64,000 nucleotides of DNA from a bacterium (GTDB lineage Bacteria > Actinomycetota > Acidimicrobiia > Spongiisociales > JAENVV01). The position numbers and the translations under genes were made by a program. The notes beneath the pieces are model-generated. The model did not search any database, was not told where the DNA came from, and saw only the letters and a list, made by a program, of their open reading frames with translations. This document shows positions 36,541-45,504 of the stretch, piece after piece. Where the stretch lies: assembly GCA_024641305.1 (NCBI GenBank), contig JAHEDI010000004.1:2126-66125 (forward strand), in the 5' to 3' direction. How positions within the stretch are numbered: position 1 is the stretch's first letter; every line of letters begins with the position of its first letter.

Positions 36541-37223
36541 ACCTCGAGATTTTTGGGGTGCCCGGGATCGGCGAGGTCAAGGCCGGCGACGACGTCGCCG
36601 ATCTGATCCTGGCAGCACTTCCCCGTCCCCTCCAGGACGCCGATATTGTGGTTGTCACTCACAAAATCGTGTCCAAGGCAGAGGGATCTGTTCTTGCAGC
36701 ATCCACCGACGAAGCTCGCAAGGCCATCGTTGAAGCCGAATCGGCAGGGATCATCCGTCGGCGAGGACAGTTGATCATTTCTATAACCAGGCACGGCTTC
36801 ATCTGTGCCAATGCAGGCGTTGACCGTTCGAACGTCGAGCCTGGAAACGTGGTTCTCCTCCCGAGGGACCCAGATGCCAGCGCCCACCGCATCCGGCACC
36901 GCCTTGAACGGGCGACCGGCACTTTGCTCGGAGTGATCATCACGGACACGTTCGGGCGACCCTGGAGACGCGGGCTGACCGACGTGGCCATCGGCATCTC
37001 GGGACTCCCAGCCCTGATCGATTACCGGGGAACGTCCGACACCTTTGGTTCGGTTCTCGAGGTGACCGAGGTAGCCGCCGTCGATGAGATTGCGGCGGCC
37101 GCAGATCTGGTCATGGGCAAGGCGACCGGCACGCCCGTGGCCGTGGTGCGCGGCCTCAACCTCCGTGGTGAGGGACGGGCCATCGACCTCGTTCGACCGC
37201 CGGACGAAGACCTATTCCGCTAG
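36519..37223 (+). CDS. cofE: coenzyme F420-0:L-glutamate ligase, stand-alone CofE domain
   Basis: It has the CofE fold motifs (VVVTHKIVSKAEG, ANAGVDRSN). It overlaps the fbiA stop. There is no C-terminal nitroreductase domain. Confidence 0.85.
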   Translation: MADRGAVNLEIFGVPGIGEVKAGDDVADLILAALPRPLQDADIVVVTHKIVSKAEGSVLAASTDEARKAIVEAESAGIIRRRGQLIISITRHGFICANAGVDRSNVEPGNVVLLPRDPDASAHRIRHRLERATGTLLGVIITDTFGRPWRRGLTDVAIGISGLPALIDYRGTSDTFGSVLEVTEVAAVDEIAAAADLVMGKATGTPVAVVRGLNLRGEGRAIDLVRPPDEDLFR

Positions 37224-38149
37224 CGGTACGAGCGAACCGTCTCGGCTACTCCTTCGACAACCGCCGTCCACGGTGCCCAATCAAGGCCTCGCACGGCTGC
37301 CGATGCGTCAAGGGCGGACCTCTCGATATCTCCCGGTTTGGGAGCTTCGAAAATCGGTGTGGCCGGTCCTCCGGTTGCTTTGGCAATGAGCCCATACAAA
37401 TCCGAGATACTCGTCTCCGTGCCAGTACCGACGTGATAGGTCCGCCCGACATTCGTGGTTCGACTCGCCCTGAAGAAGGCGTCTGCCACATCTGCCACAA
37501 AGACAAAATCGCGGGTCTGGCCGCCCCCGCCGAAAATGGTTCCTGGTCTTCCCGCCAGCAACGTCTCAACAAAGATGGCCACCACCCCACCCTCAGCATG
37601 GGCTCTCTGCCGCGGCCCGTAGACGTTGGCTGGAGCGATCACCACATGGTCGAGGCCATACGTTCGCTGATACATGGCCAAATATTCGCTCGCCGCCAAC
37701 TTGGCGACGCCATACGGCGAAATCGGACGAGGCTTCTGCGTCTCCTTCGTTGGGATCGCCGAACCGGGCCCGGCAAGCGCACCGCCCGATGAGGCAAACA
37801 CAATCCTCCCTGCCCCGGATCGGCGGCAGGCCTCCAACACCGAAATCGTCCCCAGAACATTGACCTGAGCGTCGTACATCGGGTCTGCCATGGAAACCGA
37901 CACCGAGGCCTGGGCGGCAAGATGGAACACCGTGTCGGGTCGGAACCGCCCCAGAACCACACCAAGGTCACGATCAAGAATGTCGATGGTGTGGACCTTC
38001 ACACTGCCGAATTCACGAGCGGACTTCAGATTGTCGAGATGGCCGGAAGACAAGTCATCGATGACCAGGACCTCGTCGCCCTCATTGACGAGCCTGTCAA
38101 CAAGATGCGACCCGATAAACCCGGCTCCGCCTGTCACAACAGCTCTCAT
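37220..38149 (-). CDS. NAD-dependent epimerase/dehydratase (GalE-like SDR)
   Basis: It has VTGGAGFIGSHL and YxxxK (YGVAKLA). The start is taken at MRAVVTGGAG. Confidence 0.8.
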   Translation of the reverse strand: MRAVVTGGAGFIGSHLVDRLVNEGDEVLVIDDLSSGHLDNLKSAREFGSVKVHTIDILDRDLGVVLGRFRPDTVFHLAAQASVSVSMADPMYDAQVNVLGTISVLEACRRSGAGRIVFASSGGALAGPGSAIPTKETQKPRPISPYGVAKLAASEYLAMYQRTYGLDHVVIAPANVYGPRQRAHAEGGVVAIFVETLLAGRPGTIFGGGGQTRDFVFVADVADAFFRASRTTNVGRTYHVGTGTETSISDLYGLIAKATGGPATPIFEAPKPGDIERSALDASAAVRGLDWAPWTAVVEGVAETVRSYR

Positions 38150-38862
38150 TCTGACCGGCTCCAATGACGTCTCGGCACGAACCGCCACTTCACGAGGGCG
38201 ACCAGCGCCGGGAGGCCGTCTTTCCAGCTGATCTTCTTGCCTTCGTCAACTTCGCGACCAGCGTAGGTAATCGGAACTTCCCAGATACGATGGCCAGACC
38301 GGAGAAGCTTGGCCGTAATCTCTGGTTCGATCTCAAAGCGGTTCGAGGTCAAAACCAGACTCTGAGCGACGTTCGTATCAATCATTTTTGAACATGTCTC
38401 CATGTCTGAGATCGTGGTGTTGTAGAGGACATTGGTCACCAGGCTCAAGAAGCGATTTCCAACCCAGTGCCAGAACATCATATTGCGACGCTCACCGGTG
38501 AATCTGGACCCGTAAACCACTTTGGCCAATCCCTCATTAAGCGGCCGAAGCATGGCCACCCAATCACGTGGATCGTATTCAAGATCGGCGTCATAAATGA
38601 CCAACACATCGCCCGTGGCCGCTTCGATCCCTCTCCGAACCGCCGCCCCTTTTCCCTGATTGGACGGCTGCTCGATGAAACGAACGGTCGAGTCCACCAA
38701 TTGGCGCACGACCTCCTGGGTGCCATCGGTCGAACCGTCATCGACGACGATCAGTTCCCGATCGACCGGCAGGAGTTCATCGCGAGCGCGTCGGATCGCT
38801 TCGGCGATCGTCCGCCGCTCGTTGAAAACCGGGATTATTACCGTCAGCTTGGAATAGGTCAT
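38146..38862 (-). CDS. GT2 glycosyltransferase (dolichyl-phosphate-hexose-synthase-like)
   Basis: It begins LTVIIPVFNE and has VDDGSTDGT and a DxD (YDAD). The start is taken at MTYSKL, which overlaps the uxs stop by 4 nt. Confidence 0.8.
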   Translation of the reverse strand: MTYSKLTVIIPVFNERRTIAEAIRRARDELLPVDRELIVVDDGSTDGTQEVVRQLVDSTVRFIEQPSNQGKGAAVRRGIEAATGDVLVIYDADLEYDPRDWVAMLRPLNEGLAKVVYGSRFTGERRNMMFWHWVGNRFLSLVTNVLYNTTISDMETCSKMIDTNVAQSLVLTSNRFEIEPEITAKLLRSGHRIWEVPITYAGREVDEGKKISWKDGLPALVALVKWRFVPRRHWSRSE

Positions 38863-39794
38863 GTCTGGGCTCTCAGGTACTCGACGGTTCTTTCCAAACC
38901 GGAGGCAAGATCCGTCGTGGCTCGCCATCCCGTCGCATCATGCATTGCCCGCAAGTCAGGTCTCCGGACTTTAGGGTCACCATCGGGAAGCGGCACAAAG
39001 GTGCGTCCTGACCGGCCGAGCAATTCTTGCACAGCGTCGGCCAATTCAAGCATGCTGATCTCGACATCATTTCCAAGGTTTAGGGGTCCGGGTAATTGTC
39101 GGTCGACAACCATCATCAGACCATCGACAATGTCGTCGACGTAACAAAAGGACCGAGTCTGGGATCCGTCACCGAAGAGCGGCAACGGCTTGCCCGCCAA
39201 GGCCGCAGAGATGAACGCGGTCACGACACGGCCGTCTTGTGGATTCATACCCGGTCCATAGGTATTAAAGAGCCGAACCACGGACGATCTCGTATGACGT
39301 TCCGATCTCCGGTAGGCGTACACGAGAGCCTCGGCATATCGTTTCCCCTCGTCATAACAAGCGCGCGGTCCCCGAACGTCGACAGACCCCGGGTAGCTCT
39401 CAACCTGCGGATGAACTTCCGGATCACCGTAGACCTCAGAAGTCGACGTAAACAGCAAGTGAGCACCCGATTCGGCGGCCAGATCAAGCATTTGTCGAGT
39501 CCCTTCGGCTGCCGTGCGAAGCGTCCCGACCGGATCCAACAGATACCGGGGCGGCGAGGCCGGCGAGGCCAAATGGCAGATCAATTGGAACGGTTGCCCC
39601 AGCAATGGCGGCGACACGACCGACCCCTCCACAATGGTGGCGGGAAGGTCGGCCGCAGCAGGCGATGGAGACGAGAAATCATCGAGCACCGTGACATCCC
39701 AGCCATCGGCATTGAGGCGCCTTACCAAATGGCAGCCCAGGAAACCCGCCCCACCGGTAACCAGCGCCCGTCCAGGTTCCAAACCAACCCTCAC
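38859..39794 (-). CDS. uxs: UDP-glucuronate decarboxylase (UDP-xylose synthase)
   Basis: It has GGAGFLG, a YxxxK, and GDGSQTRSFCYVDD. It sits directly downstream of ugd. Confidence 0.8.
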   Translation of the reverse strand: MRVGLEPGRALVTGGAGFLGCHLVRRLNADGWDVTVLDDFSSPSPAAADLPATIVEGSVVSPPLLGQPFQLICHLASPASPPRYLLDPVGTLRTAAEGTRQMLDLAAESGAHLLFTSTSEVYGDPEVHPQVESYPGSVDVRGPRACYDEGKRYAEALVYAYRRSERHTRSSVVRLFNTYGPGMNPQDGRVVTAFISAALAGKPLPLFGDGSQTRSFCYVDDIVDGLMMVVDRQLPGPLNLGNDVEISMLELADAVQELLGRSGRTFVPLPDGDPKVRRPDLRAMHDATGWRATTDLASGLERTVEYLRAQT

Positions 39795-41047
39795 CGACCC
39801 ACCCCGATATACGAGAGTCCAACTGCCCTCACGGCAATCGGATCCAGGAGGTTACGGGCGTCCACAATGGCGGATCCACGCATTTGGGTGGCGACGGCTC
39901 GCAAGTCATATCGTTGGAATTCAGGCCATTCGGTCGCGATGAGTAAAACGTCAGCTCCCTTGATGGTCGACATGGCGTCACCCCCTTCGGGGATGCCCGG
40001 CACGGAAGCCTGGGGGTCAAACGCGACTACGTCAGCGCCGGCTTCCATCAACTGGTCGATTACTCGAACGGCGGGACTCTCTCGAACGTCATCGGTGCCG
40101 GCCTTAAACGCCAATCCCCAGACTGCCACTCTCGCTCCGGCGAGCTTACCGCCGGCCGCATCCCGGACTTTCGCAACCGTTCTGGCAAATTGCTCTTCAT
40201 TGGTTGCAATCACTCCAGACATGAGCGAAAAGTCGTAGCCGGCATCCGCTGCCAAACGAACGAGCGCCCGGGTGTCCTTGGGAAAGCACGAACCACCAAA
40301 CCCGGGACCGGGACGCATGAACGAGAACCCGATGCGGTGGTCGTAGCCAATCCCGAGCAAGACGTCGCGCACATCGGCCCCCACCGCCTCGCACACATTG
40401 GCCATTGCATTCGCGTAGGTGACCCTGGCGGCCAAATAGCCATTGGCTGCATACTTGATAACCTCGGCCGAGGTGAGGTCGGTCACCAGGATTGGAGCGT
40501 CGATCGATCGATACAGTTCGATCAACTGGTCGACGTTGCGTCGATCCTCGGTACCAATGACGATACGGTCGGGCTTCATAAAATCTGTAACAGCACTCCC
40601 CTCGCGCAGAAACTCGGGGTTCGACGCCACGGGCCGCCTGGTTCTGATCCCGACTTCCAGGTTGGTCCCGACGGGCACCGTCGACTTGGTGACGACCAAA
40701 CAGTCCTGCGGTAAAACGGCGGCGAGTTCGTCGGCAACGGAATAGATCGCCGACACGTCGGCCTCCCCATCATCGCCTTGGGGAGTCGGCAGCGCCAGAA
40801 ACACAATCTGAGCATCCTTGACGGCCGCATGATTCGAATCGGTAACGACCAGCGACCCGTCGGCGAGGGTGGCGCTCAAGAGTTCGGGGAGCCCCGGCTC
40901 GAAGATCGGAGATCGTCCCGCCCGAATCTCGGCAACGCGTGCCGGATCCCGTTCTGCAAGGGTTACCTTGTTACCGAGGTGAGCGAGCCCGACGGCCTGT
41001 ACCAGACCCACGTATCCTGCTCCGATCACGGCTACTCGCATCAGCAC
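39791..41047 (-). CDS. ugd: UDP-glucose 6-dehydrogenase
   Basis: It has VIGAGYVG and GFGGSCFPKD with the catalytic Cys. Confidence 0.85.
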   Translation of the reverse strand: MLMRVAVIGAGYVGLVQAVGLAHLGNKVTLAERDPARVAEIRAGRSPIFEPGLPELLSATLADGSLVVTDSNHAAVKDAQIVFLALPTPQGDDGEADVSAIYSVADELAAVLPQDCLVVTKSTVPVGTNLEVGIRTRRPVASNPEFLREGSAVTDFMKPDRIVIGTEDRRNVDQLIELYRSIDAPILVTDLTSAEVIKYAANGYLAARVTYANAMANVCEAVGADVRDVLLGIGYDHRIGFSFMRPGPGFGGSCFPKDTRALVRLAADAGYDFSLMSGVIATNEEQFARTVAKVRDAAGGKLAGARVAVWGLAFKAGTDDVRESPAVRVIDQLMEAGADVVAFDPQASVPGIPEGGDAMSTIKGADVLLIATEWPEFQRYDLRAVATQMRGSAIVDARNLLDPIAVRAVGLSYIGVGR

Positions 41048-41068
41048 CCCCTGAGTGTCCGAACCAAG

Positions 41069-42364
41069 TTAGCCGGGTTGATTGAGCGAGTCAGCTCCGA
41101 GAATAATGAGAACATCGGAGGTGCCAGGGGTCCCTTCGACAACTTCTCCGAACCCGAGCCGTTGGAGGACGAGTTCTCCGTATCCCGATCCAATCGGGCT
41201 CACAATCTGAGTGACGGGGACCGCAAACGTGTCATAGTCAACGACCGACACAACCTCGAAACCCATATCGTCGAGGGCACTCGCCCAGCGAGTAGCGGCT
41301 CCAAGGGCGCCGTTGCCGTTGGCCACTTCGATGGTGAGAATCTGGGGCGCGGTCGTAGTCGGACCCGCTTCGGCCGCCGCGGGGGTCACTTGCTCGAAGG
41401 CCGATAAGGCGTCGGTTGCGGCCGGCTCATCGCGGATCTCGTAATAGAGCCCGTCGATGATCTCGGTGTGGGTTGGCAACGTGGCCGCCGAAATGTTGTC
41501 GGTCCCAAAGGTCCGAAACGCAAGAGCGAGTGAGACGAGATCCAACTCGCTGAAGTTCGGATCGACCACCATGAACTGAGCAAGCTCGGCGACGAGCGAC
41601 TGAACGCCTACGACATTTGACGGCTTCTTGAGTTGACCGAGAATCGCTCCAAGCAACTGCTGTTGCCGTTTGGTCCTGCCGATATCATTGGCATCTGCGC
41701 TGGCCCACTGTCCATCGCGTAATTCTTGATAGGACCGGGACCGAGCGTACGCCAGGGCCATCCGCCCGTCGAGAATCTGTGTTCCTGCCTCAACCGAGAG
41801 TTTGCTCTTCAAGTCGCGGGCCGGATACGGGAAGGTGACGGTCAGGCCGCCAAGCTTATCGACAAGACCGGCAAACCCGACAAAGTCGATCTCGACATAG
41901 TGATGGATCGGGATTCCCAGCTCTGCCTGAACCGTCGACAGCATGAGCGACGCGCCACCGAATGCATAGGCGGCGTTCACTTTCTGAACCCCGTACCCGT
42001 CGACATCTACGCGTAGGTCACGAGGGAGGCTGAGCAGCTGGACCGAACCGGAATCAGGGAACGCCCTGACGAGCATGATGACGTCGGCGCGTTGGCCCTT
42101 GAAATCTCCGAAGTCACCCCCCCAATCGTCAGGCAAATTCTCGCGGGAGTCCGACCCGAGCATCAGAAAGGTGATCGGATCACCCGGGTCGGATGGAGAC
42201 TCGGTCAATATTTCATCGAGCTGCGGGACGACGGTGAAGTTCGCCAGCTGGTCCGACACCTGATTGACCTGCCAGAGCGCGTACCCAACCATGAGGTTTG
42301 CGAGGACCAGCGTCGTGATGACACTTCGCTTGACCCAGATCCATTTGTCGGACTTCCTAGCCAT
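41069..42364 (-). CDS. LCP (LytR-CpsA-Psr) family cell-wall glycopolymer ligase with C-terminal LytR_C domain
   Basis: It has an N-terminal TM anchor and the LCP core (GSDSR...RADVIML...LPRD). Confidence 0.85.
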   Translation of the reverse strand: MARKSDKWIWVKRSVITTLVLANLMVGYALWQVNQVSDQLANFTVVPQLDEILTESPSDPGDPITFLMLGSDSRENLPDDWGGDFGDFKGQRADVIMLVRAFPDSGSVQLLSLPRDLRVDVDGYGVQKVNAAYAFGGASLMLSTVQAELGIPIHHYVEIDFVGFAGLVDKLGGLTVTFPYPARDLKSKLSVEAGTQILDGRMALAYARSRSYQELRDGQWASADANDIGRTKRQQQLLGAILGQLKKPSNVVGVQSLVAELAQFMVVDPNFSELDLVSLALAFRTFGTDNISAATLPTHTEIIDGLYYEIRDEPAATDALSAFEQVTPAAAEAGPTTTAPQILTIEVANGNGALGAATRWASALDDMGFEVVSVVDYDTFAVPVTQIVSPIGSGYGELVLQRLGFGEVVEGTPGTSDVLIILGADSLNQPG

Positions 42365-42409
42365 GACAGATCAGGCTATCGACCGAAGCCACGTGTGGTC
42401 CGACGCCCA

Positions 42410-43219
42410 TCAGTAGTCACTAGGTTCGGGCTGTGGGAGGCTGGCCGACAGGAACTTCGGTATACGTGAAGAGGCGTCAGAAGCCGCGCCTGACTGAAAG
42501 GAATCGGAGTCGGGATCCATGAAGCCGTGTCCGGCCGACTCATAGACAATCCATCGCCCTGACGGGTTGAGGTCGGCGGCGACGTCGACACCTTCGGAGG
42601 GAATGTGTTCGTCATTGGCGCCGTACAGACCGAGCACCGGGATCAGAATCCGCTCGAGGGCATCCCTGACTGTAAGCATTCTCTGCTCATCGCCGGCCAA
42701 CGGGGCGTGAATGACAACCAGGCCGGCGAGACGACGCCGATCAGCGGCATACAGGAGTCCAAAACGCCCACCCGTGTCTACCCCGACCATGCCGACTGGT
42801 CCGCTGACCGTAAAATCAGAGGCGCCTCCAACCGCGAAGTCGATGGCCCGATCGATGTCCGTGAGGGCTCTGCGATCGTCCAGGGCACTGTAAGCCGACA
42901 CCGCTTCGTCAAGCGTTGATTCTGATGGCAATGGCGATGCGTACGGGTCAAACGAGATTGCCACAAAACCATGCCGGGCCAGTTGACGAACCAAATCCTT
43001 CTCGAAAGATCGCAGACCGAAAATGCCGGGAAGGACGATTACGGCCGGGTATTTTCCGACCTGGTCGGGGCGCGCCAGGTACCCGTTTCTGAACCCGCTC
43101 CCGACCGGGATGGCATAGGAATGAAACAGAATGTTGTAGGTGCCCTCATGAGGAAGAACCGCCACGACGTCTCCTTGGTGTGCATCGGGAAGAGTAGTCG
43201 GTCGAATCGGGGATACCAT
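42410..43219 (-). CDS. dienelactone hydrolase family alpha/beta hydrolase
   Basis: It is a 269-aa ORF whose overall alpha/beta-hydrolase composition and C-terminal HGF motif place it in the DLH family. Confidence 0.65.
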   Translation of the reverse strand: MVSPIRPTTLPDAHQGDVVAVLPHEGTYNILFHSYAIPVGSGFRNGYLARPDQVGKYPAVIVLPGIFGLRSFEKDLVRQLARHGFVAISFDPYASPLPSESTLDEAVSAYSALDDRRALTDIDRAIDFAVGGASDFTVSGPVGMVGVDTGGRFGLLYAADRRRLAGLVVIHAPLAGDEQRMLTVRDALERILIPVLGLYGANDEHIPSEGVDVAADLNPSGRWIVYESAGHGFMDPDSDSFQSGAASDASSRIPKFLSASLPQPEPSDY

Positions 43220-43224
43220 CCAAC

Positions 43225-43896
43225 CTAAGACGGGCCGGCGCGGACCTCCCAGACCTCACCCGTCACGAGCGATCGAACACCATCACTGGTCTCGACTATG
43301 AGTTCGCCACCCTGACCGACATCGACCGCTCGACCGGCACCACTCGGTTTCCAGGTGATGAGGTTGTTGATCGTCACGCAGCGCTCTACGTATGCCGCCC
43401 GATCCCAGCGCTCGCTCCCCGCATCGGCCCTCATCAAAAGCTGCGACGCAAATGCGGCGGCCAGGCTCTCACATCGACCGGGATCCTGCCTGTACACGGC
43501 TCCATAGCCAACAGGAGGTTCTGGCCAATAGAGGTTCAGTCCGAACCCGATCGTGACAACCGGTCCAACGGCTTCAGCCAAAATGCCTCCGACTTTGTAC
43601 CCGGCCGCATTCACCAGGTCATTAGGCCACTTCAGCCTGGCCTCGACCACATCGGTCGCTGCCAACCCCGCGACCAGCGGCAGCCGTCCGAATGTCGATG
43701 GCTCCCACCGTGGCGCCCAACAGACGGAAACCGCAAGGGCGCGCGGGGCGTTCTCCCACGTCCGATTAGTCCGCCCCCGGCCGCGAGTTTGGCGGGCAGC
43801 AGCAATCACCACGGGCGATCCTTCGAAGAGATGACGCGCCTCGTCTTGAGTCGAGGTAGTTTCCTCAATCCATTCGAAAACGTAGGGTGTATCCAA
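43225..43896 (-). CDS. birA: biotin-[acetyl-CoA-carboxylase] ligase (no DNA-binding domain)
   Basis: It has QTRGRGRTNRTW, KWPNDL and KVGGILAE. Confidence 0.85.
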   Translation of the reverse strand: MDTPYVFEWIEETTSTQDEARHLFEGSPVVIAAARQTRGRGRTNRTWENAPRALAVSVCWAPRWEPSTFGRLPLVAGLAATDVVEARLKWPNDLVNAAGYKVGGILAEAVGPVVTIGFGLNLYWPEPPVGYGAVYRQDPGRCESLAAAFASQLLMRADAGSERWDRAAYVERCVTINNLITWKPSGAGRAVDVGQGGELIVETSDGVRSLVTGEVWEVRAGPS

Positions 43897-43953
43897 CCAG
43901 AGACCTCGCGAGTCGAAGTGAGTGGACAGAACCCTAAACCGTGGGAGTTAGCG

Positions 43954-45504
43954 TTGGGCACCGAACAACACATCGAGCGACTCCGAATGTTGCGCGAACA
44001 AGCCCAGCACTCGGGCAGCCAGCGCGCCGTCGACCGCCAGCATGACCAGGGCAAACTAACCGCCCGTGAGCGCCTCGGACTCTTGCTTGACAAAGGCTCA
44101 TTCGAAGAGATCGACATGTTCGTGCGCCATCAGGCATCCGGGTTCGGGCTCGAAGACCAGCGTCCGCCCGGCGACGCGGTCATCACCGGATGGGGAACAA
44201 TCGACGGACGTACGGTTTTCGTGTTTGCCGAGGACTTCACCGTTTTCGGCGGTTCGCTGGGTCAGGCAGTCTCCGAGAAGATCTGCAAGGTTCTCGACAT
44301 GGCCATGGAAGTCGGTGCCCCGGTCATCGGCCTCAAAGATTCGGGCGGAGCCAGGATCCAGGAAGGCGTCGACGCACTCGACGGCTATGGCCGGATATTT
44401 TTCAGAAACGTCCGCGCCTCAGGGGTCATTCCGCAGATATCCGTCATCATGGGCCCATGCGCGGGTGGAGCCGTCTATTCGCCGGCCATCACCGACTTCA
44501 TTTTCCAGGTCGAAGGAACTTCTCATCTGTTCATCACCGGACCTGAAGTCATCAAGACGGTCACGGGCGAGGATGTCTCCATGGAAGAACTCGGAGGCGC
44601 CCATGCCCACGCCTCTATTTCAGGTGTCACGCACTTCGTCTGCTCTTCCGAGGAGGAAGCACTCGACGAGGTTCGATACCTCGTCAGTTTCCTGCCGCAA
44701 AACAACATGGAGGTTCCGCCCTTCTTCGCTCCCAGCGACGCTCCGGATCGGACGATCGATCTCCTCGACGCGATCATTCCTGATTCTCCCAATCAGCCGT
44801 ACAACATGGTCGACCTCATCGAAGCAGTAGTCGACGACGGCGAGTTCTATCAGGTCCATGAATCGTTCGCCAGGAACATCGTCACCGGCCTCGCCAGACT
44901 CGACGGCTACACCATCGGCGTGGTTGGCAACCAACCAAACACCATGGCGGGAACGCTCGACATCAGCGCGTCTGAGAAAAGTGCCCGATTTGTTCGGTTC
45001 TGCGACGCATTCAACATTCCGCTCGTGACGTTCGTGGACGTCCCAGGATTCATGCCAGGCGTCGAACAAGAACACGGCGGCATCATTCGCCATGGAGCAA
45101 AGCTTCTGTATGCGTATTGTGAGGCAACCGTTCCCCGGATCACGATCATTACTCGCAAGTCATACGGCGGGGCGTACCTCGTCATGAATGCCCGCGGCAT
45201 CGGTGCCGACATGGTCTATGCGTGGCCGTCAGCTCAGATCGCGGTCATGGGCGCCCCGGGAGCCGTTAACATCATTCATAGGAAGACCCTGAGCGAGGCA
45301 GAAGATCTTGAGGTGCGACGTAAGGAACTCATCGACGAGTACGAGCACACCTTCAACAATCCGTATCGAGCCGCAGAGCTCGGATTGGTCGACGATGTGA
45401 TCGAACCGCGCGACACACGAGTTCGACTGATCAGAGCGCTCGATATGCTCAGAAACAAGCGCCAGACGCTGCCCCCGAAAAAGCATGGGAACATTCCACT
45501 GTGA
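43954..45504 (+). CDS. accD: acyl-CoA carboxylase carboxyltransferase beta subunit (AccD5/PccB-like)
   Basis: It has GKLTARERL..LLD.GSF and two crotonase-like CT halves. The ORF-track start at 43789 is an extension. The likely start is the TTG at 43954, or the ATG at 43987. Confidence 0.85.
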   Translation: MGTEQHIERLRMLREQAQHSGSQRAVDRQHDQGKLTARERLGLLLDKGSFEEIDMFVRHQASGFGLEDQRPPGDAVITGWGTIDGRTVFVFAEDFTVFGGSLGQAVSEKICKVLDMAMEVGAPVIGLKDSGGARIQEGVDALDGYGRIFFRNVRASGVIPQISVIMGPCAGGAVYSPAITDFIFQVEGTSHLFITGPEVIKTVTGEDVSMEELGGAHAHASISGVTHFVCSSEEEALDEVRYLVSFLPQNNMEVPPFFAPSDAPDRTIDLLDAIIPDSPNQPYNMVDLIEAVVDDGEFYQVHESFARNIVTGLARLDGYTIGVVGNQPNTMAGTLDISASEKSARFVRFCDAFNIPLVTFVDVPGFMPGVEQEHGGIIRHGAKLLYAYCEATVPRITIITRKSYGGAYLVMNARGIGADMVYAWPSAQIAVMGAPGAVNIIHRKTLSEAEDLEVRRKELIDEYEHTFNNPYRAAELGLVDDVIEPRDTRVRLIRALDMLRNKRQTLPPKKHGNIPL

